Notes: a model not told the origin generated them from the sequence alone. A DNA stretch of 64,000 nt from Candidatus Nomurabacteria bacterium (GCA_943356525.1 CALRFG010000006.1:4024-68023); one strand, 5' to 3'. Numbered from the stretch's first letter, positions 27,619 to 37,678 are shown. A program made the numbers and translations.

Positions 27619-28959
27619 TTATCTTGTTAAATATAATCTATCTAGTCTATCTGATGCATCTGTTATTGCATCTGATATGTTTTGAGTTCCTGAAACTATA
27701 GAGTTTATCATTTTAGAGAAGATGTCATCAGATGAATTACTGTTTGGATCAAGCCATGTCTGAGCAAATATAGCAGATTGGTTTATAACTGCTATATCAG
27801 GATTTGTTTTTGCAGCTTTTGAGTTTAACAAAACATCGCGACGCGCTGAAGCTAAACGTATAGAGTTTGAAAGTGAATCGTTTAACTCATATGTATTGAA
27901 AAATCTCATAACATCTTGATATGTAGCGTTTGCATTTTTTGATGTAATCAAAAACCCGAGAGAATATATTTTTCCTTTTGTGACTTTTTTCTCCTGATAA
28001 GCTTGAGGTATAGCCGCTATATCAAAGTATAAGTTCGGATTACGAGTTTTCAAATATTCCACTTCAGATCCTGGACCAAAATATATAGCCAAATCTCCAG
28101 CAAGAAATGCTTCACGTGAGGAGCTAAATGATTTATTCCATGTATATGATGATTTCGTAGGGTTGGCAAATTCTGTATAAAATATAAGAGCTTGGCGGGA
28201 CAAAGTAGATGCGGACTGTTCATTTTCTGTTAGTTGTTTTTTGTTTTTTACTAAACCTGAAACGTAAGCTCTTGATCCATCGTCGTAAAAAGATAAATCA
28301 ATACCTATCTGTGAAAGCATGGCAAACAGTATGTCTTTAGCGTGGTCAACGTTATCATATTCTCCTAGTGCTGCATAAGCCCTATCTATAATACCGTTAT
28401 CTTGCCTACGTACAACTTTTTCTGTTAAGTTAGTAAATTCCACCCAATCTTTTGGAGGTATGAGTATACCTTCTGATTTTAACAAATCAACATTGTAATA
28501 CATAACCAACGGATCTATCAACAAAGGAAAGGCTTTTATACCACCCTGAACGGTGAACTTATTTGCAATATCTAAGTAAGTATTTTTATAAACTTCTGCT
28601 GTTACGGTTTCATTTGGTATAGTTAGAAGTTTATTTATCTGACTGTAATACATGTAATCAGGGAAAATGATTGCGTCTGGACCATTACCTTCTGCTATTG
28701 CCTTAAGTATAGCCTGTTCGAAACCTTCTTCTTGAAATTCAATATATGTGAAAGTTGGATCCTGACCTTTAATACGAAAAGGTTCTATACCTGCATCTAT
28801 GTTAGCTTTGGGTAAAACACCCCAAATAGTTGATTTATAACCTGAAGTATTTATACCTGATTTACCTGTTGCAAATAAAGCTATGCCAATTATTCCAATA
28901 ACAAGAAAGGTTACTATAACCACAACTTGAAATATGTTTAGATCTTTGATATTACTCAT
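27619..28959 (-). CDS. Extracellular solute-binding protein (ABC-type, family 1-like), membrane-anchored, orphan
   Basis: N-terminal TM anchor. SBP-like segments (KAIAEGNGPDAIIFPDY..). No permease or ATPase gene nearby. Confidence 0.5.
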   Translation of the reverse strand: MSNIKDLNIFQVVVIVTFLVIGIIGIALFATGKSGINTSGYKSTIWGVLPKANIDAGIEPFRIKGQDPTFTYIEFQEEGFEQAILKAIAEGNGPDAIIFPDYMYYSQINKLLTIPNETVTAEVYKNTYLDIANKFTVQGGIKAFPLLIDPLVMYYNVDLLKSEGILIPPKDWVEFTNLTEKVVRRQDNGIIDRAYAALGEYDNVDHAKDILFAMLSQIGIDLSFYDDGSRAYVSGLVKNKKQLTENEQSASTLSRQALIFYTEFANPTKSSYTWNKSFSSSREAFLAGDLAIYFGPGSEVEYLKTRNPNLYFDIAAIPQAYQEKKVTKGKIYSLGFLITSKNANATYQDVMRFFNTYELNDSLSNSIRLASARRDVLLNSKAAKTNPDIAVINQSAIFAQTWLDPNSNSSDDIFSKMINSIVSGTQNISDAITDASDRLDRLYLTR

Positions 28960-29029
28960 TATTTTTATTTATTTAATTTTTATAAATTATATACGAGTAA
29001 TTATACTATATAATACCTAATTATACTCA

Positions 29030-31513
29030 TTACACACCTATAACTGAAGCCAGACTGTCACCTTCTCTTAACTTCATAACTCTCACACCTTGTGTATCAC
29101 GACCTAAGTTTGGTATCTCTTTCAACTCACAGCGTATTACCTGGCTTTTTTTACTGATAGCAACTATCTCATCTAACTCTGGAGTTACAACTTGTGATGC
29201 AATAAGATCACCTGTTTTATCAGTAACTTTGAAAGTTTTTATACCTGAACCTCCACGACCTTGTATTTTATACTCTGAAAGTGATGTCTTCTTACCATAA
29301 CCGTTTGCAGAAACAGTTAATAACTCTGCGTCATCCTTAGAATCAAATCGAACTGGTATAGCGCCGATTATATATACTCCTTTATCTAGCTTCATGGCAC
29401 GAACACCACCTGCAGACCTTCCCATCTCCCTTATTTCATTTATAGAAAAACGTATAGATTGTGCATCAGTTGCAACTAATATCATACTGTCTTTTTCATT
29501 AACAAAAGAAGCCTCTATCAAACTATCACCTTCGTCCAATGATATAGATATGATGCCACTTCGTCTCACATCACGAAATGATGAAAGGTTTACACGTTTT
29601 CCTGTTCCAAGTTTTGTTATAAGCATCAAAGAAATATCATCAACTTTCTTAATCTCTTTTGGCATAGGTAATATAGATGTAACTTTTTCATCTTGAGCAA
29701 GTGAAAGGAAGTTCATGATAGATTTTCCTCTAGTTGCACGTTTTCCCTCTGGTATATCGTACATTTTTATCTGATAAGCCTTACCTTTGTCAGTAAAGAA
29801 AAGAAGCTCGTTATGCATTGTCGCTGAAATGAGATGTGTTATAAAATCTTCTTCTTTCACATCCACATCCACAACACCTACACCGCCTCTTTTTTGTTTT
29901 TTATACTCGTCGGGGTTTGTGCGTTTTACATACCCACCTGCAGTTAGTACAAGTACAGACTCTTGATCTGGTATAACATCTTCTACTCCAACATTTGCTA
30001 CACCCCCTTTTACAATACGAGTACGTCTTTCATCACCAAATTTTTCTTTTATAGCATCAGATTCGTCTTTTATAATAGTCAATATTCTTGAAGGATTTTT
30101 CAATATATCCTTAAGGTCTTTAATGATTAATTGCAATGCTTTCAACTCGTCTTCAATCTTCTTTCTTTCTAGAGATGCAAGTCTTGCCAATTTCATCTCC
30201 AATATCGCAGTTGTTTGTCGATCTGAAAACTTGAACTCTTTCATCAATGCTATATGGGCTGAAGGAGTATCTTTACTTTTCTTGATGATAGCTATAATTT
30301 CATCGATATGATCAAGTGCCTTTTTCAAACCAAGTAAAATATGCTCTCTATCTTCAGCTTTCCTAAGATCAAATTCCGTTCTACGTCTAATAACATTTTT
30401 TCTATGGCCGACAAAATTTTCAAGAGCTGATTTTATAGATAGAGTTTGAGGTACCCCATCTACAAGTGCAACAAGGTTGTAGTGAAATGTTGATTCAAGT
30501 TGTGTATGTTTATATAGATAGTTCAAAATATTCTGCGGATACATACCGTTCTTAAGCTCAATAACGATACGTATATCTGAGGTGGACTCGTCACGGATAT
30601 CTTTTATACCCTCGAGCTTTTTATCACGCACAAGGTCAGCTATAGCCTCTATAAGAGATGATTTGTTTACTCTATATGGTATAGAATTGATCACAATCTT
30701 TGATTGTCCTGCTTTTTCTTCGACTATCTCAGCCTCTCCACGTACAACAACACCTCCACGACCATGAGTACAGGCATGTTCTATATCTTTTTGGTTAAAT
30801 GCTATAGCTCCCGTTGGAAAGTCTGGTCCTTTTATAAATTGCATCAAATCAATAACACTTGCATCTGGATTGTCTACAAGGTGTTTTACAGCATCCATAA
30901 CCTCGTTCAAGTTATGAGGAGGAATGTTTGTAGCCATACCAACAGCAATACCTAAAGTACCGTTTAGTAAGAAGTTTGGAACCTGTGTTGGTAAAACCGA
31001 TGGTTCTTTTCTAGTCCCATCATAGTTTGGACGAAAATCCACAGTATCTTTATCCAAGTCAGCCAACAAGTTAAGTGATATCTTGTTCAACTTACTCTCA
31101 GTATAACGAGACGCGGCTGCAGGATAGCCATCTACGTTACCGAAGTTACCTTGCCCCCAGATCAGAGGATATCTCATGTTAAAATCCTGGACCATGTTCA
31201 CCATAGTTTGATATATAGCAGCATCACCATGAGGGTGATAGTTACCCATAGTTTCTCCGACCACTTTAGCTGACTTTTGAAACTTTGATGTAGGTAAAAG
31301 TCCAAGTCTACTCATAGCAAACAGTATACGTCTTTGTACCGGCTTTAAACCATCTCTTATGTCTGGCAAGGCACGATCTGTAATAACCGACATGGCATAG
31401 TCTATGTATGACTCTTCCATCTCGTCGACTATATTTCTCTGAATAACGTTCTGATGAGGTATAACTTCTACTTCTGTATTTTCATTGTCGTTTGACTTGT
31501 TTGACTTTGGCAT
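29030..31513 (-). CDS. gyrA: DNA gyrase subunit A
   Basis: [13 protein letters not shown], the active-site Tyr region, and C-terminal beta-pinwheel repeats. Confidence 0.9.
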   Translation of the reverse strand: MPKSNKSNDNENTEVEVIPHQNVIQRNIVDEMEESYIDYAMSVITDRALPDIRDGLKPVQRRILFAMSRLGLLPTSKFQKSAKVVGETMGNYHPHGDAAIYQTMVNMVQDFNMRYPLIWGQGNFGNVDGYPAAASRYTESKLNKISLNLLADLDKDTVDFRPNYDGTRKEPSVLPTQVPNFLLNGTLGIAVGMATNIPPHNLNEVMDAVKHLVDNPDASVIDLMQFIKGPDFPTGAIAFNQKDIEHACTHGRGGVVVRGEAEIVEEKAGQSKIVINSIPYRVNKSSLIEAIADLVRDKKLEGIKDIRDESTSDIRIVIELKNGMYPQNILNYLYKHTQLESTFHYNLVALVDGVPQTLSIKSALENFVGHRKNVIRRRTEFDLRKAEDREHILLGLKKALDHIDEIIAIIKKSKDTPSAHIALMKEFKFSDRQTTAILEMKLARLASLERKKIEDELKALQLIIKDLKDILKNPSRILTIIKDESDAIKEKFGDERRTRIVKGGVANVGVEDVIPDQESVLVLTAGGYVKRTNPDEYKKQKRGGVGVVDVDVKEEDFITHLISATMHNELLFFTDKGKAYQIKMYDIPEGKRATRGKSIMNFLSLAQDEKVTSILPMPKEIKKVDDISLMLITKLGTGKRVNLSSFRDVRRSGIISISLDEGDSLIEASFVNEKDSMILVATDAQSIRFSINEIREMGRSAGGVRAMKLDKGVYIIGAIPVRFDSKDDAELLTVSANGYGKKTSLSEYKIQGRGGSGIKTFKVTDKTGDLIASQVVTPELDEIVAISKKSQVIRCELKEIPNLGRDTQGVRVMKLREGDSLASVIGV

Positions 31514-31581
31514 ATAAAAAAGATTATATCATATTCGACTTTATCTTTCCATAATAATATGAGATTATAGCCTTACATAAC

Positions 31582-32823
31582 ATGAATAATACAACAACAA
31601 TACTAAGTATAGAAACAAGCTGTGACGAAACTGGTGTATCTATAGTTCAATACAATAAAACTACACAAAAATACACTGTTTTGTCTGATTCTTTAAATAG
31701 CCAAGTGGAAATCCATAAAGAATTTGGTGGTGTATTCCCTATGGTTGCTAAACGTGAGCATGGTAATAACTTGACAGGACTCTTGACGCATTGTTTAGAG
31801 AATGTTGTGTCAATAGATGGGTCAAGTATTGATAAAAAAAACATAGATTTTGAGCTAATAAATCGTGAAAAAGAATTAACTGAAAAAATACAAACTGAGC
31901 TTGAAAATACATCTTCCTTACTTCTAAAAATTCCAGAGATAGATTATATCGCTGTCACACGTGGTCCTGGACTTGAACCCGCTCTTTGGGTTGGTTTAAG
32001 TTTTGCAAAATTTTTATCAAAACTTTGGCAAAAGCCGATGTTACCGATAAACCACATGGAGGGTCATATTTCATCTGTGCTTTTAGATACTGAATCAAGT
32101 CATATAGAATTTCCTTCTCTTGCCCTACTTATATCGGGTGGGCATACCGAGCTTGTAGATATAGAAAATTGGGGGAAATATAAGATCATTGGTAAAACAC
32201 GTGATGATGCAGTTGGCGAGGCATATGATAAAGCAGCTCGTATACTTGGATTGTCTTATCCTGGTGGACCGTTGATAGCAGCAAAAGCTAAAAAACTGAG
32301 AGAGAGTGCTGTAGAATCAGATATACAGTTTAAAAAAAATCAATTTCTTATAAAACTTCCTCGACCAATGCAACATAGTCAAGATCTTGATCTATCTTTT
32401 TCTGGACTAAAAACTGCTGTTCTTTATATGGTTAGAGATTTGAAAAAAAATCAAAGTGTTGAAAATCTCCCAGAAGAGATAATTGATCTTATATGCCATG
32501 AGTTTGAAAATTCTGTTTCAGAAGTTTTAATCAGTAAGTTAAACTTTGCAAATAAGTCTGGAAATAGAAAATACAAAAATCTCATTGTTGCCGGTGGTGT
32601 AATATCCAATGAATTTTTGAAAGAAAATATACAAAACTGGTGTTTAAAAAATAATATAAATTTTTTGAAACCTGAAAAATCTCTAGCAACTGACAATGCT
32701 GTAATGATAGCTTTGGCTGCAATAGTTGGATTGAATAATAAATATGTAAGTATAATAAATCCAAATGATAAAGCGTTTTTAGAAATAAAACCTGATGGAG
32801 ATTGGTCTTTAAATAATATATAA
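31582..32823 (+). CDS. tsaD: tRNA N6-adenosine threonylcarbamoyltransferase TsaD (Kae1/YgjD family), with insertion
   Basis: ILSIETSCDETGVSIV N-terminus. HMEGHI metal-binding motif. 413 aa, longer than typical. Confidence 0.85.
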   Translation: MNNTTTILSIETSCDETGVSIVQYNKTTQKYTVLSDSLNSQVEIHKEFGGVFPMVAKREHGNNLTGLLTHCLENVVSIDGSSIDKKNIDFELINREKELTEKIQTELENTSSLLLKIPEIDYIAVTRGPGLEPALWVGLSFAKFLSKLWQKPMLPINHMEGHISSVLLDTESSHIEFPSLALLISGGHTELVDIENWGKYKIIGKTRDDAVGEAYDKAARILGLSYPGGPLIAAKAKKLRESAVESDIQFKKNQFLIKLPRPMQHSQDLDLSFSGLKTAVLYMVRDLKKNQSVENLPEEIIDLICHEFENSVSEVLISKLNFANKSGNRKYKNLIVAGGVISNEFLKENIQNWCLKNNINFLKPEKSLATDNAVMIALAAIVGLNNKYVSIINPNDKAFLEIKPDGDWSLNNI

Positions 32824-32931
32824 TTTTATTATGTATATTTATAAAGAAATATTACATACTTAAATTCTAAAAACATAATTAAAGTTTATAAAAAGCTTGC
32901 ACATCTTGTCTTAAACATTTAAAATAGATAC

Positions 32932-33462
32932 ATGAATAATACACGCAAATCATTTTTACAAAGATTAACTGGTAGCTTTCGCGAAGAAGACGAAGAAGCT
33001 ATAGAAAAGATGAGTCAAGTTAATCGTAGATCTTTTGGTAAACTGAGCTCAAAAAATATAGATATGGATGATGATGAGGAGGATGTTGATATAAATATAG
33101 AATTGGAAGATGGTGATGCACTTGTTACAGTTGAAGGTCAACTAGGAATTGATTTATTTGAAACACCGGTTGAAGTTATAGTTAAAACTATGATACCAGG
33201 AGTAAGAAAAGATGATATAGATATTTCTTTGTCTCGTGATATGTTGACTATAAGAGGTGAAAGAAAAGATGAGAAAACTATATCTGATGATGATTATCAT
33301 TATAGAGAATTATATTGGGGAGCATTTTCAAGAACTGTGCAGTTACCGCATGAAGTAGACATAGATAAGGCAGAGGCTACAGAGTCACAAGGTATGCTTA
33401 CAATAAGACTTCCGAGAATAGATAGAGAGCGAAAAGCGAGTTTGAAGGTTAAGGGTATGTAA
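32932..33462 (+). CDS. Hsp20/alpha-crystallin family small heat-shock protein
   Basis: ACD domain with MLTIRLPR (G.L.I..P-like) motif. Followed by a strong terminator. Confidence 0.85.
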   Translation: MNNTRKSFLQRLTGSFREEDEEAIEKMSQVNRRSFGKLSSKNIDMDDDEEDVDINIELEDGDALVTVEGQLGIDLFETPVEVIVKTMIPGVRKDDIDISLSRDMLTIRGERKDEKTISDDDYHYRELYWGAFSRTVQLPHEVDIDKAEATESQGMLTIRLPRIDRERKASLKVKGM

Positions 33463-33477
33463 AACTCTCAAAGAAAT

Positions 33478-33510
33478 AAAAAAACACCTTATGAAGGTGT
33501 TTTTTTATTT
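33478..33510 (+). terminator. Rho-independent terminator after hsp20
   Basis: ACACCTT-atg-AAGGTGT followed by T7. Confidence 0.7.
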
Positions 33511-33656
33511 AGTAAATTTTAGACCAGGATCTCGCCCTAAAAAATAACGTTTTTTACCCCTGGCTTTTCGTAAAAATCTGAAAGATTTTTACTTTACAAA
33601 GCATAACAAAAAATACAACAAACTTTCCTTGGTTGTTGTATTTTTTGTTGCGCTTT

Positions 33657-33681
33657 GTGCCAAGGGCCGGGGTCTCGGTCC
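33657..33681 (-). repeat. Partial copy (about 15 nt exact, about 24 nt similar) of the tRNA-Phe 3' end, about 150 bp downstream of tRNA-Phe
   Basis: GTGCCAAGGGCCGGG is identical to 33834-33848. The extension GTCTCGGTCC versus CTCGAACC mimics the T-arm. Confidence 0.6.
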
Positions 33682-33831
33682 TTACAGGACCAGTACACCT
33701 TTACGGTTTCCTCAAACTCTTGGATTTTTCGTAAACATCGTAAAGCTTTTCTCGCCCTAGAAATCCTTAGGATTTCTTCCCTGCATCAAAAAGAAAAAAC
33801 TGTGAAAATAATAATCACAGTTTTTTCTTTT

Positions 33832-33907
33832 TGGTGCCAAGGGCCGGGCTCGAACCGGCGACCCCATCCTCTTCAGGGATATGCTCTACCAACTGAGCTA
33901 CCTTGGC
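33832..33907 (-). tRNA. tRNA-Phe (anticodon GAA), CCA encoded
   Basis: Reverse complement folds as GCCAAGG/CCTTGGC acceptor. Anticodon loop CTGAAGA. T-arm GCCGGTTCGAGCCCGGC. 3' ACCA. Terminator hairpin CTGTGA..TCACAG at 33795-33825. Confidence 0.9.
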
Positions 33908-33916
33908 TTATTTCAA

Positions 33917-34159
33917 TTATTTTATAAAAGATCTTATGTCTGAAATCTGACCATACACCTTCATAAGTTCTTCTAAATAAGGCTTTGCATAGTAAAACGT
34001 TCCAAAAGTAAGACCTAATATAACAAGCCATTTCAATGATGAAAAAAGTATAGATAAGCGAGCTCTTCTTTGTATACTTTCCAGTATAAGTTGATTCTGC
34101 TTTAAAGTCTCTTCTATATTACTTAGACGAGCTAATATCGCATCATATTCTTCATTCAT
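33917..34159 (-). CDS. Small hypothetical membrane protein
   Basis: One C-terminal TM helix. Coiled-coil N-terminus. Confidence 0.3.
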   Translation of the reverse strand: MNEEYDAILARLSNIEETLKQNQLILESIQRRARLSILFSSLKWLVILGLTFGTFYYAKPYLEELMKVYGQISDIRSFIK

Positions 34160-34194
34160 ATATAGATAGTAACAAAAATATGGTTTAAAATCAA

Positions 34195-34455
34195 TTATTC
34201 GTATAATTGACTATGTGTACCTATATCAATCAATATATACAGATTATCTATTTTCTTATAAACCAATCTATAATCACCAGTAATATTTATACTTCTATGA
34301 TCAGAATATTCACCTTTTAATGAGTGATTGTTTAATATAATAGCAAATTCATTTTCTTGAAAAAGAATAAATCTAGTCTTAAATGACTTAATAGGTTTAC
34401 TATCAAGTTTCTTTAAATTTTTCTTAAATTTAGTGAAAAAAGAAAAAGTTTTCAT
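34195..34455 (-). CDS. Type II toxin, RelE/ParE family
   Basis: 86 aa. C-terminal GDYRLVYKKIDNLYILIDIGTHSQLY matches the RelE/ParE fold signature. Immediately downstream of the antitoxin. Confidence 0.7.
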   Translation of the reverse strand: MKTFSFFTKFKKNLKKLDSKPIKSFKTRFILFQENEFAIILNNHSLKGEYSDHRSINITGDYRLVYKKIDNLYILIDIGTHSQLYE

Positions 34456-34467
34456 TAATTAAATTAT

Positions 34468-34734
34468 TTATATAGATAACGCTTTAAATAATTCACTGGC
34501 AGACTTATGTTTTTTCATAGTACCTTTTTTGTATTCCATATCAGCTTCTTTTATAGAATCAACTAACCTTGTTGAAGGTTTATAAGCTAATGATACATTT
34601 ATTTCTTTATCTCTTATAAATTGACGAAGTAATATATTTGTAATCGTTCCAAGAGGAATACCCATAGCATCAGCTATTTTTTTAGCCTCATCTTTCATTT
34701 CTTTATCTATTTTTATATTGAGTATTGTTTTCAT
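34468..34734 (-). CDS. Type II antitoxin, RelB/DinJ family (RHH)
   Basis: 88 aa. N-terminal MKTILNIKIDKEMKDEAKKIADAMGIPLGTITNILLRQF is DinJ-like. Confidence 0.65.
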   Translation of the reverse strand: MKTILNIKIDKEMKDEAKKIADAMGIPLGTITNILLRQFIRDKEINVSLAYKPSTRLVDSIKEADMEYKKGTMKKHKSASELFKALSI

Positions 34735-34737
34735 ATA

Positions 34738-34759
34738 TACCTAGTATATACCTAGTATA
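34738..34759. promoter_or_regulatory. Two tandem 11-bp direct repeats TACCTAGTATA immediately upstream of the antitoxin start: candidate TA operator
   Basis: Seen directly. Located 4 bp upstream of the RelB/DinJ ATG. Confidence 0.4.
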
Positions 34760-34777
34760 TACACGGGTCAATACACC

Positions 34778-37099
34778 TTATTTTGTTCCAACCATCCTCA
34801 TCACATTGTCAATAAAGTCAGATTTTATCTTTTCATTTAACTCACGAAACGCGATAAGACCCTCTCTCTTATATTCAACAATAGGATCATGTTGACCTAT
34901 GGCTCTAAAGTTTACTGAAGTTTGAAGATGTGTCATGTTATCAAGGTGATTCATCCAATAATAATCATTAACTTGTAACCACAACTGTCTAGCTATCTTG
35001 TAGAGGTCATCTGTTTTCTTATTATCTTGAATATCATTTCCAGTCAACATTGTGTCAATCAAATCTTTCAATTCTTCCCCTTCGGCTAACAATATACTTT
35101 TTCTTTTACTGTAGATACTTTGTCTCTGCTGATTTAAAACATCATCAAATTCCAAAACTCTTTTTCTTGAATCAAAGTGAAAACCTTCAATCTTTTTCTG
35201 TGCAGACTCAAGTGAACGTGATACAAGTTTATGTTGTATGGCCTCATCTTCAGGTAAATTCATACGAGCCATCAAACCTTTTATTGTATTGTTTGCAAAC
35301 ACACGCATAAGTTCATCTTCAAGTGATACATAAAACTGTGTCTCACCTGCGTCTCCTTGACGTCCTGAGCGACCACGAAGCTGATTGTCAACACGACGAG
35401 AGTCATGTCTCTCTGTGCCGATAACATAGAGTCCACCTAGATCTTTTACTTCCTGCGCCTCTTCACTTGTTGCAGGTGTACCACCGAGTTTTATATCAAC
35501 CCCACGTCCAGCCATATTTGTGGCTATGGTTACCGCACCTTTTTTTCCAGCTTGAGCTATAGTTTCACCCTCACGCTCAGCCAATTCAGGTTTAGCATTT
35601 AAAAGATTATGCTTAACACCAGCAACTTTTAAATATTGTGATAGGAGTTCGTTTTTTTCTATAGAAATAGTACCAACAAGAACCGGTTGACCGTTCTGAT
35701 TTAATTCTTTTATCTTTTTCGCGATAGCTTTAAATTTTCCAAGCTCAGTCATAAAAATAAGATCATTTGCATCTTTTCTGGCTATAGGTTTATGAGTAGG
35801 AACAGAAACGACATCAAGTCCGTAAACTTTTAAAAACTCTTCACGTGACGTAAAACCTGTACCTGTCATACCTGAAAGTCTTTCATAAAGTCTAAATAGG
35901 TTTTGATAAGTTATAGAAGCCGCTGTTTTACTTTCTCTCTGTATTTTTACTCCCTCTTTTGCCTCTATAGCTTGATGTATACCGTCAGACCATCGGCGTC
36001 CTGGTTGCACTCTACCAGTTGAAGTATCGACAATAAGTACTTCATTATTTTTAATAAGATAATCTACTTCTTTATGATATATAGCCTGAGCTTTTATCGC
36101 TGTCTCAAGATGATGTATAAGTTTAATATTTTCATTGTTATACAGATTTTGTATACCTAGTTTTTTTTCAGCTAAGTTTATCCCTTCTTCTGTTATAAGT
36201 ATTGATTTAAATTTTTCATCATATATATAATGCTCATCTCTTTTAAAGCCTCGAACTATCGATGCAAAAGTTTTGTAAACATTATCAGACTCTTCGGCTG
36301 GTTGCGAAACTATAAGTGGACTACGTGACTCATCTATAAGTATAGAGTCAGCCTCATCAATGATGGCGAAGTAGTGATCTCTTTGTCTCAACTCCTCTTT
36401 AGAGTTAGCTATATTGTCAAATAAATAATCAAAACCAAACACAGAGTTTGTTCCATAAGTTATATCAGCTTCATAGGCCTCCTTTCTAGTCACAGGTTTT
36501 AAAAACTCATATTCAATTTTAAATGAACCTGTTTCATTTTCTTTTTTATCGTCATCTGCAGTTGTATGAGTTGGATCATATATAAAAGATTTATCTTGCA
36601 TGATAACTGAGGTAGATATACCCAGCAAATAATATATCTGACCCATCCACACTGCATCACGACCAGACAAATAATCATTCACAGTAACAACATGTACTCC
36701 GCGTCCAACGAGAGCGTTTAGATACGATGGTAAAGTCGCCATTTGTGTCTTACCTTCACCAGTTTTCATCTCAGCAACATTGTTGTCGTGCAAAATCATT
36801 CCACCAATAAGTTGTACATCATAATGACGTTGGCTTAGAGTTCTTTTAGCAGCTTCACGAACAAGTGCAAAAGCTTCTGGTAAATTTTCATCAAGTTTTG
36901 ATTTATTAGCACCTGTAAGATTTGCTTTTAAAGCTAATGATTTTTGTTTTAATTCAATATCAGTAAGCTTAGAAATTTCCTCTTCTAAACCATTGATAAT
37001 ATTAACTTTTTTCTGATATTTTTTGATAGGAGAACCTAACATGCTTAAAAATGACATGACTATATTTATAGCACAAATACTTATAAATATTAAGTCCAA
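34778..37099 (-). CDS. secA: Preprotein translocase ATPase SecA
   Basis: DEAD-like motor motifs, preprotein cross-linking and helical scaffold regions. Unmistakable SecA N-terminus. Confidence 0.95.
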   Translation of the reverse strand: MDLIFISICAINIVMSFLSMLGSPIKKYQKKVNIINGLEEEISKLTDIELKQKSLALKANLTGANKSKLDENLPEAFALVREAAKRTLSQRHYDVQLIGGMILHDNNVAEMKTGEGKTQMATLPSYLNALVGRGVHVVTVNDYLSGRDAVWMGQIYYLLGISTSVIMQDKSFIYDPTHTTADDDKKENETGSFKIEYEFLKPVTRKEAYEADITYGTNSVFGFDYLFDNIANSKEELRQRDHYFAIIDEADSILIDESRSPLIVSQPAEESDNVYKTFASIVRGFKRDEHYIYDEKFKSILITEEGINLAEKKLGIQNLYNNENIKLIHHLETAIKAQAIYHKEVDYLIKNNEVLIVDTSTGRVQPGRRWSDGIHQAIEAKEGVKIQRESKTAASITYQNLFRLYERLSGMTGTGFTSREEFLKVYGLDVVSVPTHKPIARKDANDLIFMTELGKFKAIAKKIKELNQNGQPVLVGTISIEKNELLSQYLKVAGVKHNLLNAKPELAEREGETIAQAGKKGAVTIATNMAGRGVDIKLGGTPATSEEAQEVKDLGGLYVIGTERHDSRRVDNQLRGRSGRQGDAGETQFYVSLEDELMRVFANNTIKGLMARMNLPEDEAIQHKLVSRSLESAQKKIEGFHFDSRKRVLEFDDVLNQQRQSIYSKRKSILLAEGEELKDLIDTMLTGNDIQDNKKTDDLYKIARQLWLQVNDYYWMNHLDNMTHLQTSVNFRAIGQHDPIVEYKREGLIAFRELNEKIKSDFIDNVMRMVGTK

Positions 37100-37166
37100 T
37101 CAAGATAAAACAAAAGTACGTAGAAGGTTTGCTTTTACGTACTTTTATTTAGTGGGATAGAATGAT

Positions 37167-37301
37167 CTATCTTTTTTTTGTAACTTTTTTTACAGCTTTT
37201 TTAGGAGCTGCTTTTTTTACAACTTTCTTAACTGCTTTTTTTACAACTTTTTTAGGAGCTGCTTTTTTTACAGTTTTCTTTGCTGCTTTTTTTACTGCCA
37301 T
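37167..37301 (-). CDS. 44-aa Lys/Ala-rich basic protein (KKAA/KKAAP repeats), histone H1-like nucleoid-protein candidate; absent from the ORF track
   Basis: Hand translation: MAVKKAAKKTVKKAAPKKVVKKAVKKVVKKAAPKKAVKKVTKKR. Own terminator at 37118-37160 (AAAGTACGTA..TACGTACTTT). AT-rich promoter region upstream. Confidence 0.5.
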   Translation of the reverse strand: MAVKKAAKKTVKKAAPKKVVKKAVKKVVKKAAPKKAVKKVTKKR

Positions 37302-37637
37302 ATGTTTATTTTATTTTTAAAATTATTTGAAAATGATTATCGCGTGATGAAGTTCATGTTCGACAAACATATTCTTATCACGTACTTATATTATACACTA
37401 AATATTTTTTACAATGCAAATATTTTTTACTAAAAATAATTGTGGATAATTATTTTTTTTATTTTTAAGAAAAATTTTATAAAAAAATATTTTTTTGATG
37501 TTTATTTGAGAAAAATTTTATCTAGGTAGTTGTATGTTAGAAAAATTTTGTATAAATTTTTCTTGCCGAACCTGAGTAAAATAAAGAGCTTTGATATATC
37601 ATCATTATCCAAATAATCACTCCTGCTAAAGTGAAAT

Positions 37638-37678
37638 AAAAAAAACAGTAAGCTTTCCTTGCTTACTGTTTTTTTTGA
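37638..37678. terminator. Bidirectional rho-independent terminator downstream of the Wzy-like gene
   Basis: ACAGTAAGC-tttcctt-GCTTACTGT flanked by A8 and T8 runs. Confidence 0.65.

Noticed and set aside
33655-33927. 90-aa plus-strand ORF spanning tRNA-Phe
   Set aside because: It overlaps the minus-strand tRNA-Phe and its terminator. It is an artefact of the GC-richer tRNA sequence lacking stops.
37330-37620. Possible small gene or ncRNA in the long AT-rich spacer upstream of the KKAA gene
   Set aside because: The only ORF is 4 codons (MIIA). Imperfect inverted repeats (CGTGATGAAG..CTTATCACG) are present but the sequence is low complexity. Treated as a promoter/UP-element region, not called.
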